DNA from: an uncultured virus (IMG/VR IMGVR_UViG_3300033463_000112)
Taxonomy: Duplodnaviria; Heunggongvirae; Uroviricota; Caudoviricetes
Length of the DNA: 64,000 nt
Direction: 5' to 3' (one strand)
Virus record (IMG/VR): IMGVR_UViG_3300033463_000112
The position numbers were made by a program, and so were the translations under genes. Shown here piece by piece: positions 27,003-36,213 of the stretch; position 1 is the stretch's first letter, and the number at the start of each line of letters is the position of its first letter. The notes under the pieces were generated by a model that ran no database searches, had not been told where the DNA came from, and saw only the letters and a list, made by a program, of their open reading frames with translations.

Positions 27003-27042
27003 TTTGCGACCGGGCGTAGAATCACCCGCGCCCGGCCGGATT

Positions 27043-27414
27043 TCAATACCGCTTGTTAAACGACAAAAAGCCCTCTTTCGTGTTGGAATAGTCCCATAGG
27101 CAATCAACGTAGAAATGCGTAGAGCTTTTGATAGTTCCTTCAAAGTCGCTTGACATTCGGCAAGTGTGCCTCCCGTCTTTTGTCTTGACGGAGCCGATAA
27201 GGACGATTGAGCCGTTAGACAGCACGTGCCAGTACCCGCCGTCCTCTTGGCCGCCGGTAAAATAGAAGATTGCCGAGCCTCCGCTCAGGAGTTCCGCATT
27301 AAGAATCCCGTAGGTGGTATCGGCGCTGTAAATTCCGAGTTCGAGCCCGCCGTTCGGTTTCTGGCAGGCGACAATGGCCGCAAGGAACACGGCCAGAAGT
27401 AGAATCTTTTTCAT
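27043..27414 (-). CDS. lipoprotein (moron-like)
   Basis: MKKILLLAVFLAAIVAC lipobox; its own TATCTTTG promoter at 27437-27444. Confidence 0.75.
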   Translation of the reverse strand: MKKILLLAVFLAAIVACQKPNGGLELGIYSADTTYGILNAELLSGGSAIFYFTGGQEDGGYWHVLSNGSIVLIGSVKTKDGRHTCRMSSDFEGTIKSSTHFYVDCLWDYSNTKEGFLSFNKRY

Positions 27415-27489
27415 GCTTTGGTCTTTAGTGCTGATGCAAAGATACGAAAAAGCCCGGAAAAGGAGTACCCCCCCCCGTCCGGGCTTGTT

Positions 27490-27753
27490 TTAGCTCATTT
27501 TGTCATAGTCGTAGAGCGGAACGGCCGGATTGAGCGCCCCTGTCGCTGTTTCCACGTACAGGTTGTCAAAGCCGGTGTAGAGCCCGTTGGACCACATGAG
27601 CCCAATCCACGCGAGCGCGTCATTCACGCTCACGAAGTCTGCCGTGTGGAGCTTACCGCCTATTTTGATGCGGAACTCCTTTCGGCCGGTGCAGATAATC
27701 ACAATGGATTTCCGCACCAGTTCGTTTTTGTCCCTTTTTAACATTTTGAACAT
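27490..27753 (-). CDS. hypothetical protein
   Basis: Preceded by the AATCTTTGAGTTATG motif. Confidence 0.65.
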   Translation of the reverse strand: MFKMLKRDKNELVRKSIVIICTGRKEFRIKIGGKLHTADFVSVNDALAWIGLMWSNGLYTGFDNLYVETATGALNPAVPLYDYDKMS

Positions 27754-27769
27754 AACTCAAAGATTAAGA

Positions 27770-28594
27770 TTAAGAGAAAAACGCCTTAGCGGCGCTGGAT
27801 AGTTCTGTTTTCTTAGCGCACAGATAACGCTCGGTCATTGCCGTTCCTGAATGGCTCAGGATAGTGGAGATTTCCTGAACAGCCGCTCCACGGGTGTAGA
27901 GGTTCGTAGCACAAGAGCGCCGGGCCGCGTGGGACGACGCAAACTGCCACTTTGGCCCCCTTTCCTCCTTACCGGCTTTCTGGACCACCACCTCGTCGTC
28001 GATTCCGGCCAGCTTACACATTCGACGTACCGCCTCGTTGTAGCACTTGGTCGTAATCGTGATTTCCGGGTGGTCTGATACCCACTTGATACGCTCTTCC
28101 AGTCCCGGTTTCAGGGGGATAGACCCCGCCTTTTTCGTTTTCTGGGCCACGTACCGGAGCACCCCGTCAGTGATATTTTCGACTCTCAGATTCTTTGCGT
28201 CACTGACCCGCAGGCCAGTGAAAGCGCAAATCAGAAACAGGTTTTTGACAAGCTCCTGTTTGCCCGTGTGCGTGGGAGCACTGGCGAACAGCGTAAGCTC
28301 GTCCTCTGTCAGATAGGTGTTCATGGGTCTTACGGCCTTTGCCGTCAGAATCTTGCGCCAGTCCGTCGGGAGTTCGATTTCCTCGCAATAGCGGTTGAAA
28401 AGTGACTTTGCGTAGGCCATGACGGTCTTAACGGTGTTGGGAGCAAGCTCAGAGGTTAGGTGGTCGTGAAACTCATACAGCGCCGAGCGGGTAACGTCTT
28501 TCCAGTCGTAGATACCGACGGCGCTCAGGTGCTTGCGGAGGGTCCCGCCAGCGCCTTTTTGCATCTTGTCGATTGCTTCTTTTAGTGTTCTCAT
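27770..28594 (-). CDS. second tyrosine recombinase lacking an arm-binding domain
   Basis: TGLRVSD, K, SSHAARRS, LSH and TERY motifs; only 274 aa. Confidence 0.9.
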   Translation of the reverse strand: MRTLKEAIDKMQKGAGGTLRKHLSAVGIYDWKDVTRSALYEFHDHLTSELAPNTVKTVMAYAKSLFNRYCEEIELPTDWRKILTAKAVRPMNTYLTEDELTLFASAPTHTGKQELVKNLFLICAFTGLRVSDAKNLRVENITDGVLRYVAQKTKKAGSIPLKPGLEERIKWVSDHPEITITTKCYNEAVRRMCKLAGIDDEVVVQKAGKEERGPKWQFASSHAARRSCATNLYTRGAAVQEISTILSHSGTAMTERYLCAKKTELSSAAKAFFS

Positions 28595-28660
28595 AACTCA
28601 AAGATTTTTAAATTGGCGGGCCGGTGGTCGGTCAGGACCGCCAGCCCGAAATGGGGAAGA

Positions 28661-28891
28661 TTACTTTTCGCCTTCGGCTTTGATATAATCTTCAAGGGCC
28701 TTCAGGCACTTTTCGATAAGGACCTTCAGCGCGTCCTGAATCTCATTGGCGGCGAAGAGGGCCTTCTTCTTTTTGTCGTCGAGGTTTTCGTGCCTCGAAA
28801 GCGCGGCGGAGGCCACGGTGAGCTTGATTCGTTCGTCGGTTGCGTGGTCGGCAATCCACATAAGCTCGTTAACAGAAAAATCTACTTGCAT
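28661..28891 (-). CDS. hypothetical protein
   Basis: Starts at the repeated motif. Confidence 0.7.
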   Translation of the reverse strand: MQVDFSVNELMWIADHATDERIKLTVASAALSRHENLDDKKKKALFAANEIQDALKVLIEKCLKALEDYIKAEGEK

Positions 28892-28958
28892 AACTCAAAG
28901 ATTTAAAGTTGAACATAGGATTGGCAAGCGGGCCGGGAATCACCCCGCCCCGCCCGTT

Positions 28959-29327
28959 TTAAAAGCCTTTCGGCCCGGGTCCCTCCACCTTCTCGGTGGC
29001 AAAGGAATAATGAGAACCGCCGCAGATAATGATAAAGTCAACTATCTTAATGTCGGTTCCGATTACGGCCTTTTTCCACGACTCGGCCATTTTGATTTCG
29101 TCCTCCGTCGGCCGGGGGTCGCCGGTCCGGCGCACAACGACGATAAAGCCCTTTGTGCCGAGCGGGTTCTTTTCTGCATCTTCCAGACGAATAGGGATAT
29201 TGTCTTTATCCAGAAGGATACAGGTGTTTGGGTGGTCGGAGTCCACGAGCGCGAATCCGTGGTTTACGAAGGTAACTGCGCCCCATGAGCTTGTAATGGG
29301 CGTAGAAAATGCTTGTTTTTCGGTCAT
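28959..29327 (-). CDS. degenerate RadC/JAB-like protein
   Basis: C-terminus GDPRPTEDE...DIKIVDFIIICGGSHYSFA resembles RadC but lacks the HxH motif. Confidence 0.55.
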   Translation of the reverse strand: MTEKQAFSTPITSSWGAVTFVNHGFALVDSDHPNTCILLDKDNIPIRLEDAEKNPLGTKGFIVVVRRTGDPRPTEDEIKMAESWKKAVIGTDIKIVDFIIICGGSHYSFATEKVEGPGPKGF

Positions 29328-29794
29328 AACTCAAAGATTTAGAACTGGAGAAGGAAAGGGCGGTCAGGCCCCCTCCTCCTTTTTGCGTTTCGGCTCGCAG
29401 AATCCGCAGTGGCCGAATATCACCATAGAAGCACTGTTGTAGCGCTCTTTCTTGCACCCGGTCTTGTTGCTCCAGAACTGGCAATTTACGCAGGGTTCGT
29501 CGTTTTGTGGTTTCATAAGCTCAAAGTGTTAATGATTGGCGGAGGTGGGCGCGTATCAGGCCCCGCCCCCCTTGTTACTTCCCGAGGATTTCCTTTTCGA
29601 TTTCGGCCGCCAGATGCCGGGCCTTATCCTGAAGGCCGAGCCCGAACGTGCCGGATAGATAGAAAAGCTCCATTACGTGACCTTTGGCAATCTTGCCGTC
29701 CAGCAGGCCGGAGGCTACCATGTTGGCAGTGCCCTCCAGATGCTCCTCGGCGTACTTTTGTAGGTTTTCTTTTGTGATTTCTTTCGGCATAGCT

Positions 29795-30004
29795 CTAATT
29801 TTTAATAATTCTAAATTCGTCCTCTTCCGGGATAACCGCAAGGCTGCCCCAAGTGCCGTGTAACTGGCCGATTCCGTCAATGTGTGTCACCTCACCGGTG
29901 CGGCCGTTGTATGCGCGGGCCTGAAGGTCCTTGCCGTTGGAGTCGTTCATGCGTACTATCTGGATAGTGTCGCCCACTTTTACGTTCGGGTTATTCGTTC
30001 TCAT
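29795..30004 (-). CDS. DUF4314-like protein
   Basis: GDTI..V.M.D...GRTGEVTHIDGIGQLHGTWGSLAVIPEED.F pattern. Confidence 0.7.
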   Translation of the reverse strand: MRTNNPNVKVGDTIQIVRMNDSNGKDLQARAYNGRTGEVTHIDGIGQLHGTWGSLAVIPEEDEFRIIKN

Positions 30005-30176
30005 GGCTGACTTCCGCTAAGGTAGTGAGAATTTTGTTTAATTCCGCTATTGTGTCGTCAAATTTGACGCGGGCAATGGGAATTTGCTCAGTTACCCGGC
30101 GAAGGTCGCCGATAGTATGGAGAACACACTCGCCGATAAGGTCCAGTTGCTCCTTTGTGAAAGCTACTTCATACAT
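29991..30176 (-). CDS. hypothetical protein
   Basis: Starts at the repeated motif. Confidence 0.65.
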   Translation of the reverse strand: MYEVAFTKEQLDLIGECVLHTIGDLRRVTEQIPIARVKFDDTIAELNKILTTLAEVSHENE

Positions 30177-30249
30177 AACTCAAAGATTTTAAAAGTTTTA
30201 CTTAGTTGTTTGGAGTCCGGGAAGGGAATCACCCCCGCCCGGGCTTGTT

Positions 30250-30519
30250 TCAGTACGGGAACGAGCACCCGTTTTCAAACCACTTACAGACGGACTCGGT
30301 GGCCGCGTCCAGCGTCAGACTATCCATGCCTGAGAGGATATTGTTTCCTACCCAGAAGGATACCATGTAGATTTCCTCGTTACTTTCCCGTTTCCACGGG
30401 TCAAGTTCTACCCTTACGGACTCTTGTTTGTCCGGGCCGGTGTACTGGAGCCGTGCTTCGTTTTCGTAGCAGGCGAATAAGATTTGGCGCTTGATTTCGT
30501 TTTTGTTTTCCTCGGTCAT
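30250..30519 (-). CDS. hypothetical protein
   Basis: Starts at the repeated motif. Confidence 0.7.
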   Translation of the reverse strand: MTEENKNEIKRQILFACYENEARLQYTGPDKQESVRVELDPWKRESNEEIYMVSFWVGNNILSGMDSLTLDAATESVCKWFENGCSFPY

Positions 30520-30577
30520 AACTCAAAGATTTAGAGATTTGGCGAAGGCGGGACCGGCCGGGGCCCCGTCCCCGTGA

Positions 30578-31060
30578 TTAGAAGTAACGCGGGTTCATGT
30601 GTTGCGCGATTTTCAGGCACAATTCATCGGCCTTAGCGGCCGCGTCTTGCATTTCCTTAATGAGCTTTATCGGCTTTCCCTCGTCCGCAAAATTGCGTGC
30701 GGCTGCCCTGAATCCAGAGGCGTAGTCCTGCAGGGCCAGTTTGCACTGAATCAGGTCCTCAAAGGTCATTTCTACGTTTTCGGTCTTGCCTTCCGGCCTC
30801 GCGTCCCAGCCGGATACCCATTCGAGCATCAGGAGGGTGTCGGGCTCTTTGTAGTCCCTGTTGGACCGCCAGACTTCCTCGGCTGCGGCCTTGATAGAAT
30901 CGCGTTCGCAATCAAAGATTACGCACTCGGTCCCGGCGGGCGCGTGCCCGGCCACGTTGCCCGAGAAAACAAGCTCATCGAAGATTTCCCGCATCATCAT
31001 ATACCCGAGTTGATAGTCCGGGCTGGCGGGGTCTGTGCTTTTGATAGATAGCTTATACAT
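30578..31060 (-). CDS. hypothetical protein
   Basis: Starts at a motif variant. Confidence 0.7.
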   Translation of the reverse strand: MYKLSIKSTDPASPDYQLGYMMMREIFDELVFSGNVAGHAPAGTECVIFDCERDSIKAAAEEVWRSNRDYKEPDTLLMLEWVSGWDARPEGKTENVEMTFEDLIQCKLALQDYASGFRAAARNFADEGKPIKLIKEMQDAAAKADELCLKIAQHMNPRYF

Positions 31061-31115
31061 AACTCAATGATTTAGTTGGTTTAGCGAAGGTAGGGGCGGT
31101 CAAGCCCCGGCCTCC

Positions 31116-31514
31116 TTAATCATCAACGAACAGCATAATGTCCTCCACGGAAAAGTCTATATCCTCGTCCGCATCGAGCCCCTCGTCGTAGCAGTAGTCG
31201 TCGATTTGTTCCCGGATTTCGTTTGTAAGGTCCCTATCGGCGCGTTCGGCCAAGCAGCGGTCCCTATCCATTATCCCCAGCGCCCGGAGGGCTCTTTGGT
31301 CGAAATCCTCGATATTCTCTTTGCATCGGAGCCACACAGCCCGCCGGGGCTCGTCCTTTCGTAGAACGTCGAACATTTCCGGGGTCAGCTTTGAAAGGTC
31401 AAGTTTCACGGAGTCGCCAGTATAGTAGCCGGTAATTTCGAGTACCGAGCCGTCAAAGGTAAAGCTCTTGCTGCCGTTAATGATTTTGATTGCGTTTTCG
31501 TAGGTCTGTTTCAT
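31116..31514 (-). CDS. acidic hypothetical protein
   Basis: Starts at the repeated motif; D/E-rich C-terminus. Confidence 0.7.
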   Translation of the reverse strand: MKQTYENAIKIINGSKSFTFDGSVLEITGYYTGDSVKLDLSKLTPEMFDVLRKDEPRRAVWLRCKENIEDFDQRALRALGIMDRDRCLAERADRDLTNEIREQIDDYCYDEGLDADEDIDFSVEDIMLFVDD

Positions 31515-31571
31515 AACTCAAAGATTTAAAGATTTGCAGAGGCGGCTCCGGTCAGGGAACCGCCCCCGTTT

Positions 31572-31820
31572 TTACTCATTCGGCTGCAGGTCGTCGGTCC
31601 ATAGGTCGTAATCGTCGCCCGCAAAGCAAAAGCCACCGCAGCAGAGGTTTGAATCCAGTAGTTTGCGGTCCAGTTGCAAGCAATAATCAGACTCCCGGAC
31701 GGCCTCGATAGCCTCGGCGGCGTTTTCGTACACCGCATCGGGCTCCCAGCCTGTTAAATTCGCGTTGGCGGTCACGTAGGCCATGCCGCCGACAGCCAGA
31801 AATACATAGATTTTTTTCAT
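31572..31820 (-). CDS. acidic hypothetical protein
   Basis: Starts at the repeated motif. Confidence 0.65.
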   Translation of the reverse strand: MKKIYVFLAVGGMAYVTANANLTGWEPDAVYENAAEAIEAVRESDYCLQLDRKLLDSNLCCGGFCFAGDDYDLWTDDLQPNE

Positions 31821-31861
31821 AACTCAAAGATTTTTAGATAGTTGGCGAAGAAGGGCGAGTA

Positions 31862-32290
31862 TCAGTCCCCCTCCTCCATTTTTTCAAGCTCAGAGATAAA
31901 CGGCGCTAAGTACGAAAAATCATACTTCTTCATTGCGTGCTCCCGGACGTTGGGGTTAAAATCCTCCGGCCGTGGCGCATATCTGGATAAATCGTCCCAT
32001 GTCAGACGTATTGCCTCGGCGGCGGTCCCCGGCTCAATTTCCTCCCCGGCGGTTAATTTCTCCAGCACGGCGGCAATGAAAGGCCGGGCCCCGGCGGCGC
32101 GGTTTGTTTTCAGGGCTTTTAGCGCGTTTCTCAGGATTGTTTGGATAGCTGCCCCCTCCTCTACTTTTCGTATCAAATTTGCGGCGTTTTCGGCCGTTTC
32201 CCGGTCATTTGCGCGGCGCGTCGATGATACCAAAAGCAGGAAGGGCAGCTCAATCAAGACTGCAAGCGGAATAATCCATAAAGGGCTCAT
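31862..32290 (-). CDS. membrane-anchored hypothetical protein
   Basis: N-terminal hydrophobic helix. Confidence 0.6.
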   Translation of the reverse strand: MSPLWIIPLAVLIELPFLLLVSSTRRANDRETAENAANLIRKVEEGAAIQTILRNALKALKTNRAAGARPFIAAVLEKLTAGEEIEPGTAAEAIRLTWDDLSRYAPRPEDFNPNVREHAMKKYDFSYLAPFISELEKMEEGD

Positions 32291-32528
32291 TTTTGTAAAG
32301 ATTTTTAGTAATTGGCGAGCGTGGGTCCGGTCAGGGGCCCCCGCCCTTTCTTTTTCTCAGGAATACCCCCCCCGTCTTTATTTTTGGGAGTGGTCCTTTG
32401 CCATTTCGTTAATGATAGCGGCAATAATCATCATGGGAATAAAGATAGTCATAACTCAAAGATTTTAAAGATTTTGAACCCCCGGGCGCGGGTCGGGCCC
32501 CCGGGGATTAGGTCGGCATGGTGGTTTG

Positions 32529-32963
32529 TTAGTCGGTCACTTTTTCGTAATAGGCGCGGCCCTCTTCGGAGAGGTTATTTACGCACCAATTATCGACGGC
32601 CAGCCACGCGGCATTGTACTCGCGGGCGAGGCGGTCAAAGTGCTTATAGGCCCGCACTTTGTTGTGCTTTTTGGCCCGCTCGGCGGCGGTGTAGTGGGCG
32701 AAGAGCTTATGATTCAGGACCAATGCAAGCTCGGTCATGAACTTGTAATTGTCCCGGCCGCCGAGCACGGCGCTTTTGAACGTTTCCCGGATAGCCCTGA
32801 TAGGGTCCTCGCCGAACTGCGGGGCCCTTTCGGCTATTGAGAAGTCCTGCCAGAGCGTCGTCAGCGGCTTGTAGCCATTTTCGGCGGCCTGTTCCCATTT
32901 CGGGAGCTTACTCAGAAACTCGTTAACCTTTTTCATGTCGATTTCGATGAACTTGATTTCCAT
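32529..32963 (-). CDS. hypothetical protein
   Basis: Starts at the motif; TTLWQDFSIAE...TELALVLNHK...YYEKVTD. Confidence 0.7.
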   Translation of the reverse strand: MEIKFIEIDMKKVNEFLSKLPKWEQAAENGYKPLTTLWQDFSIAERAPQFGEDPIRAIRETFKSAVLGGRDNYKFMTELALVLNHKLFAHYTAAERAKKHNKVRAYKHFDRLAREYNAAWLAVDNWCVNNLSEEGRAYYEKVTD

Positions 32964-33031
32964 AACTCAAAGATTTTAGATTGTTTAACATTGGATTGGC
33001 GGGCGGGGTCCCGGTCAGGGGGCCCGGCTCG

Positions 33032-33331
33032 TTAATCGTGGTCGATATGCACCCGCACGCGGCCGATTTTCGGGAACTTGGCCCGCACCGCATCTGAGAA
33101 CTCAGGACCCCGGGATAGCTCCCGACAGCCCTGCTCGCGCTCGTGCGGGTGGTCCGAGTCATACCATTCTGTATATCCGTCGCCGTATGCCTTCACGCAG
33201 GCGTATATCTCGAGGGTCATGTTATCGAAATAGTATGCACCCCCTTCCCGGCGTGGGATAATTTCCACTTCTGACTCGTCGATATATTCGCCGAGTATAT
33301 CCTTTGCAAGTTTGATAATAGCTTGTTTCAT
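33032..33331 (-). CDS. hypothetical protein
   Basis: Flanked by the repeated hairpins. Confidence 0.65.
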   Translation of the reverse strand: MKQAIIKLAKDILGEYIDESEVEIIPRREGGAYYFDNMTLEIYACVKAYGDGYTEWYDSDHPHEREQGCRELSRGPEFSDAVRAKFPKIGRVRVHIDHD

Positions 33332-33398
33332 AATGTTTTTTAGCTTGTTTTGATTGGGTCCCGGGGTCCCGTATCAGGGGGCCCCGGGAGCGGTACAT

Positions 33399-34205
33399 TT
33401 AGCAAGATAGCATTTTTACAATTTCCGGCGTTTTCATGCCGCGCAGGTCGTAAAAAGATACTACCTTTTTGAGATTCAGCCCGGCCTCCTTTGCGCACGT
33501 TTGCACATGGTCCCGGTCATTTATCGGGGTTCCATGTCCGATTGTAAAATAGGACGATTTGAGCCCCGGCACGACCTCCACAAAACGCAAAAAATGCCTT
33601 CTCAGCATGGACGGGTTAACGAGGGGATATGCCATTTTTCGCACGTCTATATATTGCCCGGAGTCCTTAATCCTTACAAACATATTGCAGGACTCAGTGC
33701 TGCAGCGGGAACCGAAATAAACGTACAAATTAACCCGGTATCCGTTTTTTTCAAGTCCTAAAACGGCATTTGTCAGGGCGGCGGCCGTTTGTGCAATTTC
33801 GTTTTTATCGACGCTGCAATCGGCGCTCCCGTTGTAACAAAGATTTAGAACTTTGCTATCTTTGTATGTAACTTTTTTCGTTGCATACATGGACCGGGGC
33901 AGGCCTATCAGGGCGGCGGCTACATTTGCGGTCCCGCCGCAAACTGCGGCGTATCGTCTTACTTTGTACCCCTCCCCGGCGGCGTTGATATGCACCCCGG
34001 CGGCGGCCTTCAGGGCGGCGGCGCTTTTTTCGTCCCCGTCCCGCAGCAGCACGTTTGCGGCGGCGTATGATTCAGTCCCGGAGAACTCCTCGCTCCCGGT
34101 CTGAGAACCGAGGCGGCGGCCCCTGAAAACGTTATTTTCCGGCGTGGTATCAAGATAGCGCCGGAGCCCGTCTAAATTTGTGAAACTTTGTACATGGTTT
34201 TTCAT
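33399..34205 (-). CDS. putative VWA-like partner of the MoxR ATPase
   Basis: Adjacent to the AAA ATPase; alternating beta/alpha pattern; no intact MIDAS motif seen. Confidence 0.5.
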   Translation of the reverse strand: MKNHVQSFTNLDGLRRYLDTTPENNVFRGRRLGSQTGSEEFSGTESYAAANVLLRDGDEKSAAALKAAAGVHINAAGEGYKVRRYAAVCGGTANVAAALIGLPRSMYATKKVTYKDSKVLNLCYNGSADCSVDKNEIAQTAAALTNAVLGLEKNGYRVNLYVYFGSRCSTESCNMFVRIKDSGQYIDVRKMAYPLVNPSMLRRHFLRFVEVVPGLKSSYFTIGHGTPINDRDHVQTCAKEAGLNLKKVVSFYDLRGMKTPEIVKMLSC

Positions 34206-34265
34206 AACTCAAAAGATTTTTAATTTGTGCTCCCGGGGTCCGTATCAGGGGCCCCGGGGCTCGTG

Positions 34266-35405
34266 CTACATTGCAAGTGCGAAGGCGTTATCTTTGTGAC
34301 TCAGCCCGGCGCGAAGTATGTTTATTTCGTCCCGGTCATATCCCCCCGTCACTGCAAGACGGACGGCCTCGGCGGTATCCATGCCCGCCTTCATGAACTT
34401 TGCAAGACGGGAAATATTGCGATACCCGAGGACGATATGAACCCCGGCGGCGGCGGCCGATTTTCTCATGTCCCGAATGAACTCGAGCACTTCGATTGAG
34501 CCCCCCGCCAAATGTTTTTCAATTTTGCCGCAATAATCGAACTGCAGCGGGCAAAATCTATTCAGGGAGGCGGCATCTAAAACGCTGCGCCCGTTGTATT
34601 CTTCCGTTGCACCCCGGCCGCAGGTATTTCCGGCCGCGATACAATGAAAATCGGGGTGCATTTTTACACGCCCGCAGGGGAAGGTAAAATATCCGTTTGC
34701 GAGGGCGGCGTTTAGTGTTACAAGTGTATCAGGGCAGGAGGCGTCGAGCTCATCTAACATGAAGAGCCCGCCGTTTTTAAAAGCCCGGAAAAATTCCGTT
34801 TCATGATAGGTCCCGTTTGCATCTATAAACCCGGTTAATTTGTACTCGTCCGTTATCGAATTTTGATAATAGAACTCGATACCGAGGCGGCGGGCAATTT
34901 GCTCGCAAACGTGATTTTTACCGGACCCGGCCGGACCATAAAGATAGACGGACTCGCCGAGCTCCATGCAGGCTAAAATCGTGTTAAATTTATCATGCAG
35001 GACCTCGGCGGGGCTATCTTTGCGGGCGGCCTTCTCAGGCTCGGCCGGGACGGGTGCGGGCTCGGGTTCCGGCATGGGTGCGGGAACCGGGGCGGGCTCG
35101 CCCGGGCGGCGGGTGCGGTGCGAAATATTGCGCCGTATTTCGTCGTATTCAGGGGTCCCGAAATATACAAAACTTTGCAATTTTTCCGGACCGCAGGAGG
35201 CCAAAATTCCGGCGGCGTTTTCAGGGCTCAAAACGGCGGCATTATCGCAAAGTTTATACATAAATTTCCAGCCGTACATATTGCCGAGGCGGGTATTATT
35301 CCACGCCTGAGAATGTGAACCGAGGAACCATGTGGAACCTTCCACGATAATAGCGCTCTTTTTGCCGTTAACATAGCACTTCAAAATGTTTACATTGTTT
35401 TTCAT
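34266..35405 (-). CDS. MoxR/CbbQ-like AAA+ ATPase
   Basis: Walker A GPAGSGK, Walker B FMLDELD, IAAGNT and LDAASLNRF motifs. Confidence 0.85.
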   Translation of the reverse strand: MKNNVNILKCYVNGKKSAIIVEGSTWFLGSHSQAWNNTRLGNMYGWKFMYKLCDNAAVLSPENAAGILASCGPEKLQSFVYFGTPEYDEIRRNISHRTRRPGEPAPVPAPMPEPEPAPVPAEPEKAARKDSPAEVLHDKFNTILACMELGESVYLYGPAGSGKNHVCEQIARRLGIEFYYQNSITDEYKLTGFIDANGTYHETEFFRAFKNGGLFMLDELDASCPDTLVTLNAALANGYFTFPCGRVKMHPDFHCIAAGNTCGRGATEEYNGRSVLDAASLNRFCPLQFDYCGKIEKHLAGGSIEVLEFIRDMRKSAAAAGVHIVLGYRNISRLAKFMKAGMDTAEAVRLAVTGGYDRDEINILRAGLSHKDNAFALAM

Positions 35406-35869
35406 AATGCGTAAAATTTTAATTGTTTGACTTAGAACTGCGGCGGGGTTTTCGGCGCCCGGGGCAATTTTCCCGGGTGCGGTATTGCACCCGGGGCGGC
35501 GTGAGTCAAAACAACTAAAAATCTAACATTTTGAGTTATCGCGTATCTTTCAGGATTGAGCCGCCTGCATAGGGTACTCCATGAAGGGCCCCACTGCAAT
35601 AGGACCCGGGAAAAATCCCGGGCTGCAACATTTTCCGCAGTGCTCAAAAGCGCCGAGTTTCGTCAGATTTCCGTACTAAATACGCCGTATTGTCAAAGAA
35701 CTTCCCCGGCAGCGTGGACCCTTTCAGCGTGGATTTTTGCGGGGTTCAAAAACCCGGGCCCGGCGGCAAATAGATTGATATGTATTATAGGACTGCGCCG
35801 TTACTGATAAATCAATAACCCGTCACCTGCGACGGCGTTTTAACATATCAAACTATCAAAGAACTGATA

Positions 35870-35877
35870 CAAAGGTA
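35870..35877 (-). promoter_or_regulatory. Bacteroidota-type -7 element (TACCTTTG) for the small-gene array
   Basis: TAnnTTTG in the AT-rich divergent region; counterpart TATATTTG on + at 36186-36193. Confidence 0.6.
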
Positions 35878-36213
35878 GTGATAATATTTTAATATGCAAT
35901 AGATATTTTTACTTTTTTAGGGGTTGAACCCTAAATAAATTTTCTTAAAAATGTAAGTGCTTAAAAATCAATCATTTGCATGGCTCAAAAATTTGGGTTT
36001 TGAACCCGGGCGCAAAAGGAGTAAATAAAACTATTTAAAAAGCCTCTCAGGGGCGCTATAAGCGCACCAAATAACGCAGGAGGTATAATGATACTATAAA
36101 CCTATGAAAGTGCGCCAAATCGCCCGGAAGGCGGCAATACGGGCAAATTACGCCGCCCGGGAGCGTGGAACTCGGGAAAAATCCCTATATTTGCGGAAAA
36201 ACACTAAAAACAC

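Larger units (their letters stand above)
27750..34262 (-). repeat. dispersed intergenic module: GC-rich hairpin plus (A)AATCTTTGAGTTATG start motif, about 13 copies
   Basis: Plus-strand CATAACTCAAAGAT at about 27751, 28592, 28889, 29325, 30174, 30517, 31512, 31818, 32450 and 32961; variants at 29514, 31058 and 34203. Most have a hairpin whose loop reads GGTCA, GTATCA or GAATCA. Confidence 0.9.

Noticed and set aside
27750..34262. Classical integron with attC sites
   Set aside because: The hairpins lack the RYYYAAC/GTTRRRY ends and I see no IntI-specific insertion in the recombinases. Kept only as an analogy in findings.
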